Source of the DNA: an uncultured delta proteobacterium
GTDB taxonomy: Bacteria; Desulfobacterota; Syntrophia; Syntrophales; UBA2185
Length of the DNA: 64,000 nt
NCBI GenBank assembly: GCA_963729715.1
Contig: CAVSPA010000005.1
Span: 687,607 to 751,606, forward strand
Direction: 5' to 3'
Shown: one piece after another, positions 10,670 to 20,210 of the stretch
Numbering within the stretch: position 1 is the stretch's first letter
Layout: each line of letters starts with the position of its first letter
Translations under genes and position numbers: made by a program
The notes under the pieces: model-generated
What the model was told of the DNA's origin: nothing
Database searches by the model: none
Seen by the model: only the letters and a program-made list of their open reading frames with translations

Positions 10670-10932
10670 GAAGACCTCCTGAAAAACGGTGGATTAAAGA
10701 CCCGGGAAATTTTGGAACGCAATGCCTGGATGAAGGCCGATACAATGCCAATATGAGTCTGTTTTTATACATAACAAGGGCGGGCTTTGCAAGGATTCCT
10801 TTGTGAAGATTGATCTTTCTTGCGGCTCCAGTTCTCGCCCCTGACTGTTATTGAAAATTTATAAATTTTATGAGATTAAAAGCAACTGAATACAACGCCG
10901 CCGGAATTATCTCGGTTGAGAAGGAGAGTGAC

Positions 10933-12042
10933 ATGAAAAATTTATTGGAAAACATCGAGGAAATCCTGCTCATGGGCCCCGGCCCTTCCTGCGTACCCCC
11001 GCAGGTCTACAAGGCCCTTAGCCGGAAGACCCTGGGACACCTGGACCCTTATTTCCTGACCATCATGGATGAGCTTATGGAGATGCTTCGCCGGATCATG
11101 AATACGAAGAACAGGCTCACGATCCCCATATCGGGAACGGGTTCCGCAGGCATGGAGGCGAGCTTCGTGAATCTCGTGGAGCCGGGCGACAAGGTTCTTA
11201 TCATCACGAACGGCGTCTTCGGCGTGCGGATGCAGGACGTAGCTGGTCGGCTTGGCGCCAAGGTCGACGCGCAGGAGTTCCCCTGGGGAACGCCGGTAGT
11301 GCCGGAGGCGGTAGAAAAGAAGATCAAACAGGATTCCTACAAGATAGTCGCCGTGGTCCATGCCGAGACCTCGACGGGTGTGATGAATCCGGTTGCGGAA
11401 ATCGGTGCGCTTCTCAAAGGCAGTGACGCCATCTATCTGGTGGATACAGTCACGAGTCTGGGCGGCATCGAGGTCAGGATGGATGACTGGAACATCGACG
11501 CTCTCTACAGCGGTACGCAGAAATGTCTTTCCTGCCCGCCGGGACTTGCGCCCCTTTCATTTTCCGACAAGGCCCTGGCGAAGCTGAACGGGCGCAAGAC
11601 GAAGGTGCCCAACTGGTATCTCGATATTTCCATGATTGCGAACTACTGGGGGAAGAGCCGCGTCTACCATCATACGGCGCCCGTGAACATGATCTACGGC
11701 CTGTATGAGGCGCTGTACGTGATCTTCGAGGAGAAGCTGGAGAATGTGTTTAAGCGGCATAAGGAAAGCCATGCGGCTCTGGTGGCAGGGCTGAAGGAGC
11801 TGGGCGTGAAGATGCTGGTGGAGGAGCCGTATCGCCTTCCTATGCTGAATGCCGTCTCTGTGCCTGAGGGCGTGGATGAGCTCGCTGTCAGGAAGCGCCT
11901 GCGAAGCGAATTCAAGATCGAGATCGGCGCGGGCCTAGGACCCCTGGCCGGGAAGATATGGCGTGTGGGGTTAATGGGGCACACGGCGAGAAAAGAAAAC
12001 GTTGCGAGATTCATTGCGGCCCTGAAGAAGGTTCTGAAATAA
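10933..12042 (+). CDS. Alanine-glyoxylate/serine-pyruvate aminotransferase (class V PLP)
   Basis: MGPGPS, HAETSTG, SGTQKCL (PLP Lys); AAGGAG RBS. Confidence 0.93.
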   Translation: MKNLLENIEEILLMGPGPSCVPPQVYKALSRKTLGHLDPYFLTIMDELMEMLRRIMNTKNRLTIPISGTGSAGMEASFVNLVEPGDKVLIITNGVFGVRMQDVAGRLGAKVDAQEFPWGTPVVPEAVEKKIKQDSYKIVAVVHAETSTGVMNPVAEIGALLKGSDAIYLVDTVTSLGGIEVRMDDWNIDALYSGTQKCLSCPPGLAPLSFSDKALAKLNGRKTKVPNWYLDISMIANYWGKSRVYHHTAPVNMIYGLYEALYVIFEEKLENVFKRHKESHAALVAGLKELGVKMLVEEPYRLPMLNAVSVPEGVDELAVRKRLRSEFKIEIGAGLGPLAGKIWRVGLMGHTARKENVARFIAALKKVLK

Positions 12043-12049
12043 TTAGTGT

Positions 12050-12216
12050 GTCACTCCCGCGGAGGTGGGAGTCCAGTTCTTTGAATCTTGGATTCCCACT
12101 TTCGTGGGAATGACAGAAGGTGGTGCGTACCTTTAGGTGCGCTGTATTGGCGGGACTAAAGTCCTGCACTACGGTTGTCAAGAAATCCCGCCGCATCCCC
12201 CTTTAGGAAAGGGGGA
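12050..12216. repeat. Stack of three palindromic repeat types (GTCAYTCCCGC-type pair, GTAG-REP inverted pair, CCCCCTTT…AAAGGGGG hairpin)
   Basis: 12050-12114 GTCACTCCCGC…GGATTCCCAC…GGGAATGAC; 12120-12172 inverted REP pair ending …TGCACTAC; 12185-12216 hairpin. Confidence 0.75.
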
Positions 12217-12238
12217 TGCGCGCACGGCGAGTCTGTTG

Positions 12239-12266
12239 TTGACATCCTTTTTTTGCAAAATATAAT
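12239..12266 (+). promoter_or_regulatory. Sigma-70 promoter
   Basis: TTGACA-N16-TATAAT upstream of the HPF-CSD gene. Confidence 0.65.
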
Positions 12267-12310
12267 TTATTATATAGAGTCTGAACAGGATGCATAGAAA
12301 GGATGTCGTT

Positions 12311-12881
12311 ATGGAACAACCGCTCAAGATAGTATATCGCAATATACTGCCGGCGCATAAAGATGTCATTGATCCGATAATGAGGGAGCACGCCGTTAAA
12401 CTGGACAAGTACTTTCCCAAGATAATCAGTTGTCGTGGTGGAAAAGACACAAGGGCGGCATCACGTAGGCGATCTCTACAGAACAACCATAACGCTTACA
12501 GTGCCGCATAGAGAGATCGTCGTGAATCGCGAGCATCCCCGTAACCACAGTCACGAAGACATGGTTGTTACGGTAGGCCATGTTTTCGACGATGCGGCGC
12601 GGCAACTTGAAGAATATGCACGGATGCGGGGGAAGGAGCTAAAAGACCACGATCTACTGCCTCACGGTGTGATCCATAAACTCTACCTTAAGGATGGTTA
12701 TGGATTTATACAAGGATCAGGCGATAGGGAAATTTACTTTCACCGGAACAGTGTGATCGACGGGTTCGATAACCTTGAGATCGGGACAGCGGTCCGTTTT
12801 GAGGAGGAGGAAGAGAAGAAAGGCCCGCAGGACAGCACCGTCAAGATTGTGAGGAAGGAGCACACCCATCACAGGCATTAA
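12311..12881 (+). CDS. HPF/RaiA ribosome-associated protein fused to a cold-shock domain, frameshifted near 12433
   Basis: MEQPLKIVYRN…KLDKYFPKIISCR continues in another frame as VVEK…FDDAARQL; CSD motif GYGFI…EIYFHRNSV. Confidence 0.85.
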
Positions 12882-12946
12882 GGTTTCGTGAATTGCAAGG
12901 CCGGCGGCCGTTATGTGCATGCATTATTTCGGTTAGGATACTAAGT

Positions 12947-13237
12947 TCACCGCGCTGCTGTGGCAGCGGCTCTCTTGCGTCCGTTTTTCTTGACATCCTT
13001 GAAAGGCACCTTCCCACGGGAAGGGCGCAGCACTTTTTCCGAAAGGTCTTCTTCGATAGGCACTTCTTTCCCGAATTCAAGGACCTCCATCAGAGGCTCT
13101 TCGTTTTCGTAATCGCCGAGTTCCCAGATCATCTCATCGAGGTCCCCGTCGCGGTATCTATCCCTCCCGCGTTCAAATTCCCTCGTAATGTCGTTGAGAA
13201 ATGTGTCGAGCGGTTTCACTCTGTCGTAATATGCCAT
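12947..13237 (-). CDS. Hypothetical protein (acidic N-terminus, basic C-terminus)
   Basis: 96-aa ORF with GAGGAGG RBS upstream; divergent from the giant AAA gene. Confidence 0.65.
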   Translation of the reverse strand: MAYYDRVKPLDTFLNDITREFERGRDRYRDGDLDEMIWELGDYENEEPLMEVLEFGKEVPIEEDLSEKVLRPSRGKVPFKDVKKNGRKRAAATAAR

Positions 13238-13409
13238 TTTTCCCTCCTCGGTATTTTCGAATTATAGATAAAATCTAAGCCGGATAAAAAATTACATCCA
13301 TCATAAAATTCATAAAATCCAGTTTTGAAAAACCTGAATTTTACATAAGGGAATGGATGATAGGCGCGGTTTATTTGGCCTCTCTTTCTGCGACAGCAAT
13401 TCTTACCCA

Positions 13410-13439
13410 TTGACACACCCACCCCCTTTCTTTTATGCT
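13410..13439 (+). promoter_or_regulatory. Putative sigma-70 promoter of the VWA-HEAT-AAA gene
   Basis: TTGACA-N18-TATGCT. Confidence 0.45.
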
Positions 13440-13477
13440 CCCTGTGTGACTCTTTTACGCAAGACTGACAACTCTTT

Positions 13478-16400
13478 TTGAACGCAACTACAGTTATGCA
13501 GGGTAAATCAGAAACAGAAGAAGGCCGTTTGCGGATCAAATGTATAGAAGAACTGGTTCGCCGAAGGGGGCTGGACGAAGGGGAAGCGCTGGTAATCGAC
13601 GAACGCCTGCTCGCACTGATGCAGATTATCTCCACGGGACTGGGAGATGATATTCATCTGAAAATTGCCCCCGGCAGCAACTGGAGATATAACAGTGAAA
13701 CAAACGAAATGGTATTTCCCGTAGGATTGCTGTTGTCCTCTTCGGCAGAAGAGGTCATCGCCTTTTGCGCCCATGAGGCGGGACACAGGCAAATATCCCG
13801 CAGGAGCGTGAGAAAGGCGGTGTTCAAGACATTTTCCGCGACTGAATCCACCAGGCTTCTCTTGACTGCCTTTGAAGACAGCCGTGTAGATAACTGGCTG
13901 ACAAGCGTCTTTGCGGGAATAAAACACTACCTGGATATTGCCTATGACGAGATGCTCCCCCGTGATTTGTCGAGATCGTCGTACGTGGATTATCTGAAGG
14001 GTGAAATCTCCAAGAGGGCGAGTACCTGCTGCCATCCGTATCTCCTTTACCCACATCTCGAATACCTTCTCGGAATGCGCTATTACTGGCTGTATGGCCG
14101 CCTTCCTACGCAGTTGATGAATCCGGAAGTAGGCGCTGCCCTTGCCCGGACACACGGGGATTTTGCGGAGATCTTCAATCACTATCCTCCCGGGCGGGTC
14201 TCGGAGAATGAGAATCTGAGATTTGCGGAAGAAACGGCCTTGATGGTGAGGGACAAAATCCTTCCGGAGTATGAAAACCTTGTCCTGCTCGCGATTACAA
14301 AGCTCGCAGAGGCCATAAAGGACGGCCAGCTCCAGGTCAAGGACAAGAAATGCGCCCCGGAGGATTTGAGCCCGGATGAGATCGAGGAAGCGGCGAGAAA
14401 ATTATTAGAGCTAAAAGCGAGGGAGCTGGCGGACAAGTTATCTCCCAAGACGGAAAAGCGCACCGGGAAAACAGAGGAATACAGAAAGGAAACCCCTGAA
14501 GAAACAGCTCCGCGCAGAGCGGGCGGAAAATCCGCCGGGGAAAGAACGGCGCCGTTGCCCACAGAGACTCTCCGCGACCTCATCAAGAAGCAGCGAAGGA
14601 TAGACCGCGACGAGAACACAAAGATAGGTGAGTACGAAAAAGTCTTCAGGCTGATCTCGAATCTGGTCCAGGCCTTAAGCGGGGTTTTGGAAAATCACTT
14701 CGCGAAAAATAAGAGGCCTTCCTTCAAAGGCTATTTCCCTTCCGGCCAGAAGCCTGATCTGCGGAGGGCCATGGAGCTTTCCCGGAAATTGAGCGAGGGT
14801 ATTCCCGTGCAGGATAGGGATCTCAAGGTCTTCTTGAAGAGGAGGCTTCCAACACAGAGGGACCACAAAATCATCCTCGCGCTCGATGAATCGGGTTCCA
14901 TGGACGAACCCAAGAGGACATCCGCCCTCGCAGGTCTTCTCATCTTTATGGAGGCCCTCGATCATATCGGCATCGACTACGGGGTGATAGGATTTTCCGA
15001 TAGCCCCATTATGCACAAGGAGTTGGGCGTGAAACTGGATAACGCAGGCCGGAGGGTATTGTTCGACGAGGTCTCCCTGTGCATACCCGGAGGCTCCACC
15101 GCAGATGCAGATGCGCTCCAGTTGGCGACGAATATATTAAAGGATCAACCCGAAGATTCATCAAGGTGGATCATCATGGTGACGGATGGAGAAGGAAACG
15201 TGAATACAACCGGTAAGACGTTTGTCGAGCTTCAGAAGGAGGCTCTCGATCAAAAGATAGAGGTGCTCGGTGTGGGTCTGGGAGAGGAGGTAACGGAGGT
15301 CATAAGGAGGTACGCAAGCGGCATGCAGATTAATGCGGTGGAAGAACTCCCGTCCGTCCTCTCGGGCATACTGGAGGAAAAACTTGTTACGCAGGATGCA
15401 TACTGGGACAGTTTTCTCACGCCCCGCCATGAGGCCCATATAGAGAGGGAAGATCCCGATGTGTCCCTGCCCCCGGATTTGTCGGTGCTCCTCGCGTCTC
15501 TCTATCTTTATCTGAAGGAAAACATTCCCGCTTTCAATGTTAGGCATCTGAAGAGGGCATCGGAGCTCCTAGGATTTTTGCTGAACCGGGGTTATCCGGG
15601 AAAAGAAGCGTTCGGAAGGAGCCTGAAATACGCCTTTGTTGATACACAGGAACAGTCCCAGCGGGTAAAAGAGCTCATCCTCGAAAGGATTGAAGACATG
15701 CGGAAGGTATTTCCGGACATCACCCGGGAAGACTTGCCGCAGGAATTTCACCAAGCGTCTTCACGGGCGGACGTTCCCGTGTCTGCGATCCCGCATGACC
15801 TGGCTTCTGTCCTGGATATTTTAATGAAGAACAGCGCTCATCCTCGGATCGAAAAGGCCCTTTCATTGTTGAAGGCGCTCATCAGTTCCTCTGACACGGC
15901 ATTCGTGAGCATCCCCGGAATGGAAGCGGCGTTCCGGGTTATTGACGACGAACTTCTAAAGGAAATAGCCATAGAGGAGATCGAAAAAAAATTAGAGGAT
16001 AAGAGCTGGGCTGTCCGCCAGCCCGCAGCCTTAGCCCTGGGCCGGGTTTATCTCGCGCTCGTCAAGCAAGGAAAAGATGTCGACTTGAGTCTGCTTGAGG
16101 AAATGCTGAAGGATGAAGATCCGTCCGTCTGCCGCGCCGCCGCACAGGCCCTCAGTCGGATCTGGTATCACTATCATGGGAAGGGAAAAATAACGCTGGG
16201 GGCATTGGAGCGCCGACTGGGAGATGAAAACTGGGCCGTCCGCCAGGCTGCGGCAAGGGCTCTCGGAAGGATATATCCTCTACTTATGGAACAAGGACTG
16301 AATGTGGACATCAGCAAATTGGAAGGAGGGTTGTGGAATAAAAACTGGTTTGTCCGCCAGGCCGAGGCCGAGGCCTTGGGGGAGACCTACGGCGCTCTCA

Positions 16401-18910
16401 TCAGGAAGGGAATAGAGATCAACCTCGAGGGTCTGGAAGAAAGATTGAAAGATAAAAATATACTGACCCGTCAAACCGCCGCCCTGGCCCTAGGACAGGT
16501 CTATCCGCCCCTCATGAAGCGAGGGCGAGATGTTAATTTGGGAAAATTGGAAGAAAGGCTCGACAATGATGACTGGTCGGTCCGCCAGGCCGCGGCCGTG
16601 GCCTTAGGCCGGATATGGTTCCACGACTATTACCATGGCAAGATGGCTTTGACAGATTTGGAAAAGAGACTCGAAGACCCAAGCTGGCCTGTCCGCCAGG
16701 CTGCATGCCAGACCCTGGGGCAGATATACCCGACGCTTGTCGGACGGGGAAAGAATGTAAACTTAGGGAAATTGGAAGACAGGTTAAGAGACGCAGACGT
16801 GGATAGATCCGTCTGCCAAGCTGCAGCGCAGGCCCTGGGCCGGATCTGGCCTCGCAGCTATCATCGAAAGAAGATTACCTTAAAAGAGTTGGAGGAAAGG
16901 CTGAAGGATGAAAACTGGTTTGTACACCAGGCTGCCGCACTCGCCCTAGTCCGTATACAACATGTCCTTGTCAAACGGGGGAATGACGCCGAATTAGACA
17001 AACTGGATAAGAGATTGAAGGATAAGATCTGGTCGGTCCGCCAGGCGGCGGCACGGGCGTCAATAGAAATCTTTGCGGATATAATCTCGGGCAAGAAGAA
17101 GGAGTTTGGGAAGGCGCTTGCTTCCTTCAATGAGATGCTGAGTAAACCTATGGGAAGTGCCATAGCAGGCACACATGCGGGCCAGGTGCAGATCGGTGAA
17201 AAATCTTTAACAGTGGGAGATCTGCTCTTAGACAGGGCGGAACTGAGAGACGATATACCCGCCTGCGTAATGACGGAATCCGGCTATCACATGTTAGAGA
17301 CGTTGTGCATGGGCTACCTCTTGAGACACTCCGTCCTGCTCCTGGGCCCTACGTCAACAGGGAAGAGCTTCTTGATCAAATGGTTCGCGAGTGTGTTGGG
17401 CTATGAGCACCTCTCATATTCCATCAACCCCTACACCTCCAAGTTTGAGATAATCGGCGGCATTAAACCAGACAAGGAAGGCAGATTTGTCTGGCAGGAC
17501 GGCATTCTTCTGAATGCGGCGCGAGACGGCCTGTGGCTCACTCTCGAAGAGATAAACCTCGCGTCTTCCGAAGTGGTCGAGATAATGAACGACTATCTCA
17601 TTACGGGACGGGTATCCTACTCGGCAAACGGGGAGCAGAAAGAATTGTATCCCCATCCCACTTTCAGACTCTTTGCCACAGGGAACCCGGAAAGTTACAG
17701 CCAGAGGCAGAAACTCTCCGAGGTATTTCTTTCCAGGTTCAAAATACTCTATCAAAAAGAACTTTCGGAAGAGGAACTGACCCAGGTATTAAGTTCTTTA
17801 TTCGAGATTACTTCCGCTGCGGCCCTTCCCATTGCGAGATTTCACACTACCCTGCAGAACCAGGCGGACAGCCGCATCATCGGCAAGACGGAAAAAGACC
17901 CGTATATATTTACCCTCAGGGACATAATAAGACTGGGGAGGAGGTTGGAGCCAGTCTTGGCGAACAGATCAGCCGACAAGGAATATTTCAAAAAGTTTTT
18001 CCTCGAGTTGTTCAGCGTTTATATAGGCAGATTGAGGGACAGCTCCGAAAGAGAGGCAGTGGTCAGTCTATTGGATGCATATTTTGGTTTCCGGGCCGAG
18101 GGCTTGGACCTGAAAGAAGTGCTCATATCCGCTTCTCTGGACATGGATTCCCTACTTGCAGACTTGACATCCTCAAAGGGAGATGAACTGATTCCCCGAC
18201 ATGACGCAGCGATTGTACCCACACCGACCCAGAGGATAACTCTCTATCTAATCCTCACGGCCCTGATAAATAACGAACCTCTTCTTGTGGCAGGAAATCC
18301 TGCCTCAGGAAAGACCACCCTCATCAGATATCTGGCCGGTCAAAAAGAGACGAACCTCTACTATGTAAACCTCTCCTCAGATACGGGCCTGGAAGAGCTT
18401 CTGGGCGGTTATATTCAAGACAAAAAGGGGAAATGGCATTACAGGAAGGGCCTACTGTTCATGGCCATGGAAAAAGGAAGCTGGCTCCTCATAGACGAAG
18501 CGAATCTGTCCCCCCTGTCCGAGTATTTAAACACACTCCTTGACTTTGGCTACGTCATTGATGGAGAGGAAAATGTCTGTTACGCCCATCCTAATTTCAG
18601 GATATTTCTCTCGATGAATCCTCCTTCCGTGCATCAATCGCGTAACCTGCTCTCACCTGCGTTGAGATCAAGATTTACAGAGGTGTGGGTTGAGGAGTTG
18701 ACCAATTTAGGAGAACTCGCTGGTTTAGTAGATACCTGGAGCAAGGCTCACGAGGAGGCGCAAACATCTCACAAAAAAAGTAGGGGGAAAAAGAGGAAAG
18801 ATGCGCGTGATGAAAAAATCTCCGATGATAAAAAACCGGCAAAAACCGATGCCAAGAAGGAGGATGAGGGATTTGCATCCGACAAGCGATTTACCCATTA
18901 TTCGACGTGA
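13478..18910 (+). CDS. Giant multidomain protein: HExxH domain - VWA - HEAT repeats - tandem AAA+ (MoxR/midasin-like); start may be ATG 13496
   Basis: HEAGH (13772), DESGSM…T…DG MIDAS (14885), 10 HEAT repeats, Walker A GPTSTGKS (17345) and GNPASGKT (18293), Walker B LEEINL and IDEANL. Confidence 0.9.
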   Translation: MNATTVMQGKSETEEGRLRIKCIEELVRRRGLDEGEALVIDERLLALMQIISTGLGDDIHLKIAPGSNWRYNSETNEMVFPVGLLLSSSAEEVIAFCAHEAGHRQISRRSVRKAVFKTFSATESTRLLLTAFEDSRVDNWLTSVFAGIKHYLDIAYDEMLPRDLSRSSYVDYLKGEISKRASTCCHPYLLYPHLEYLLGMRYYWLYGRLPTQLMNPEVGAALARTHGDFAEIFNHYPPGRVSENENLRFAEETALMVRDKILPEYENLVLLAITKLAEAIKDGQLQVKDKKCAPEDLSPDEIEEAARKLLELKARELADKLSPKTEKRTGKTEEYRKETPEETAPRRAGGKSAGERTAPLPTETLRDLIKKQRRIDRDENTKIGEYEKVFRLISNLVQALSGVLENHFAKNKRPSFKGYFPSGQKPDLRRAMELSRKLSEGIPVQDRDLKVFLKRRLPTQRDHKIILALDESGSMDEPKRTSALAGLLIFMEALDHIGIDYGVIGFSDSPIMHKELGVKLDNAGRRVLFDEVSLCIPGGSTADADALQLATNILKDQPEDSSRWIIMVTDGEGNVNTTGKTFVELQKEALDQKIEVLGVGLGEEVTEVIRRYASGMQINAVEELPSVLSGILEEKLVTQDAYWDSFLTPRHEAHIEREDPDVSLPPDLSVLLASLYLYLKENIPAFNVRHLKRASELLGFLLNRGYPGKEAFGRSLKYAFVDTQEQSQRVKELILERIEDMRKVFPDITREDLPQEFHQASSRADVPVSAIPHDLASVLDILMKNSAHPRIEKALSLLKALISSSDTAFVSIPGMEAAFRVIDDELLKEIAIEEIEKKLEDKSWAVRQPAALALGRVYLALVKQGKDVDLSLLEEMLKDEDPSVCRAAAQALSRIWYHYHGKGKITLGALERRLGDENWAVRQAAARALGRIYPLLMEQGLNVDISKLEGGLWNKNWFVRQAEAEALGETYGALIRKGIEINLEGLEERLKDKNILTRQTAALALGQVYPPLMKRGRDVNLGKLEERLDNDDWSVRQAAAVALGRIWFHDYYHGKMALTDLEKRLEDPSWPVRQAACQTLGQIYPTLVGRGKNVNLGKLEDRLRDADVDRSVCQAAAQALGRIWPRSYHRKKITLKELEERLKDENWFVHQAAALALVRIQHVLVKRGNDAELDKLDKRLKDKIWSVRQAAARASIEIFADIISGKKKEFGKALASFNEMLSKPMGSAIAGTHAGQVQIGEKSLTVGDLLLDRAELRDDIPACVMTESGYHMLETLCMGYLLRHSVLLLGPTSTGKSFLIKWFASVLGYEHLSYSINPYTSKFEIIGGIKPDKEGRFVWQDGILLNAARDGLWLTLEEINLASSEVVEIMNDYLITGRVSYSANGEQKELYPHPTFRLFATGNPESYSQRQKLSEVFLSRFKILYQKELSEEELTQVLSSLFEITSAAALPIARFHTTLQNQADSRIIGKTEKDPYIFTLRDIIRLGRRLEPVLANRSADKEYFKKFFLELFSVYIGRLRDSSEREAVVSLLDAYFGFRAEGLDLKEVLISASLDMDSLLADLTSSKGDELIPRHDAAIVPTPTQRITLYLILTALINNEPLLVAGNPASGKTTLIRYLAGQKETNLYYVNLSSDTGLEELLGGYIQDKKGKWHYRKGLLFMAMEKGSWLLIDEANLSPLSEYLNTLLDFGYVIDGEENVCYAHPNFRIFLSMNPPSVHQSRNLLSPALRSRFTEVWVEELTNLGELAGLVDTWSKAHEEAQTSHKKSRGKKRKDARDEKISDDKKPAKTDAKKEDEGFASDKRFTHYST
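15980..17075 (+). repeat. Ten intragenic HEAT-like repeats of about 37 aa
   Basis: Recurrent LE(E/K)RLxDxxWxVRQAAAxALG; also visible in DNA as GTCCGCCAGGC repeats. Confidence 0.85.
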
Positions 18911-19674
18911 GTGCCATGCTCCCCACAGGTGAAATAACCCGCCGCCTCTTTGATAGTGTGTCTTGTAGAGGGAATAACACCGTGATCGAAGAAGTCCGCA
19001 TCGGCCTCGGCTATGTGGGGGTACGGTTGGACGATCGGCGCATGGGGCTGGCGGCCGTTCCACTCCACGAGCTGCCAGCAGGCTGTTCCGTATGTCCCGA
19101 TGCCGGAAGAGTGGCCGGTTCAAAGGCGCTCTCTCTTCTCGGCAGCCTCATAGAAGGACAGAATCCGCTCTCGAGAGCCTTGGGTCTTGCTGCTGCGAAT
19201 GCCGTTCTTCATACAGAATTCGGTGAAGATGAAAGAAATTCCCTCTCGATCATGAAATTAACGCCTGAAGATCATGTAGCCATGGTCGGTCTCTTCACGC
19301 CCATGGTTCCGAAGATCGAAAGAACGGGGGCAAAACTCACCGTCATCGAAAGGAACCCCGCCCGCCTGGCCGTTCTCGATAAGAAAGATAGTGACAGGAT
19401 ATTGAAGGAATGTACTGTCGCGATTATTACGGCAACCGCACTTCTTAACGACACTCTCGAAGAAATTCTGAATGGCCTGGGTGATCCAAGGCACGTAGCC
19501 ATCCTCGGTCCCTCGACGCCCCTTCTGCCAGAAATTTTTCAGGGAACGCCTGTCCATCACCTGGGTGGGGCGATAGTCCGGGACACCGGGAAATGCATGC
19601 AGATCATCTCCGAAGGCGGAGGCACACCGGCGATGCGCCCCTACCTTAGGTCCATAAACCTGCTCGTTAAGTAA
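18907..19674 (+). CDS. DUF364 family Rossmann-like (putative heavy-metal chelation) protein
   Basis: ALGLAAANA, VAMVGLF, ITATALLNDT, LGPSTP; start overlaps the stop of the giant gene (GTGA). Confidence 0.8.
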   Translation: MSAMLPTGEITRRLFDSVSCRGNNTVIEEVRIGLGYVGVRLDDRRMGLAAVPLHELPAGCSVCPDAGRVAGSKALSLLGSLIEGQNPLSRALGLAAANAVLHTEFGEDERNSLSIMKLTPEDHVAMVGLFTPMVPKIERTGAKLTVIERNPARLAVLDKKDSDRILKECTVAIITATALLNDTLEEILNGLGDPRHVAILGPSTPLLPEIFQGTPVHHLGGAIVRDTGKCMQIISEGGGTPAMRPYLRSINLLVK

Positions 19675-19775
19675 TGATGCAGTCATCCGGATAGATATCT
19701 TTCCATTTGAAATAAAGGAGCATGAGGGTTAAATAGGAGCTGTTGGAGACATGGTTATGGACAGAGGATTGGACT

Positions 19776-20210
19776 ATGCCTGATTTCTCGACTTACTTAC
19801 GGCGGTTTCAAGCGGGCGAAAAGAATCTGAACCCTTATCTCGATTATTTTGAAATGACTCTCGTAGAAGTGCGTGAAGGATATGCGCGTTTCCGGATGCC
19901 TTTCCGCCCGGAATACCTGCAGGTGGGCGGCTTCCTGCAGGGGGGGCTTATCGTGGCCCTTGCAGATGAAGCCATTGCCCACGCCGCCATGACGGTCCTC
20001 CCGCCTGCTTCCGGAATTACGACCGTGGAATTGAAATGTAATTTCCTTGCCCCGGTAACAAAAGGTGAACTGATTGCAGAGGCAAGCATTTTCAAAAAAG
20101 GGCGTACACTGATTATCGGTGATTGTCTGGTGAAGGACGAAAATGGCAAGGACGTACTTCGCTGCACTGCGACGTTCTTGATGTTTCCTGATAAGAAGGA
20201 CTTCGAATGA
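19776..20210 (+). CDS. PaaI family thioesterase (hotdog fold)
   Basis: GFLQGGLIVALADEA, TTVELKCNFLAP. Confidence 0.88.
   Translation: MPDFSTYLRRFQAGEKNLNPYLDYFEMTLVEVREGYARFRMPFRPEYLQVGGFLQGGLIVALADEAIAHAAMTVLPPASGITTVELKCNFLAPVTKGELIAEASIFKKGRTLIIGDCLVKDENGKDVLRCTATFLMFPDKKDFE

Noticed and set aside
10735..10752. Possible sigma-54 promoter for the acyl-CoA dehydrogenase (TGGCATTGTATCGGC)
   Set aside because: GG-N10-GC spacing holds, but the -12 element lacks TTGC; too weak to call.
15980..17075. Periodic DNA repeats as a CRISPR array or DGR
   Set aside because: They are degenerate, in-frame HEAT-coding repeats; no cas or reverse transcriptase gene in the window.
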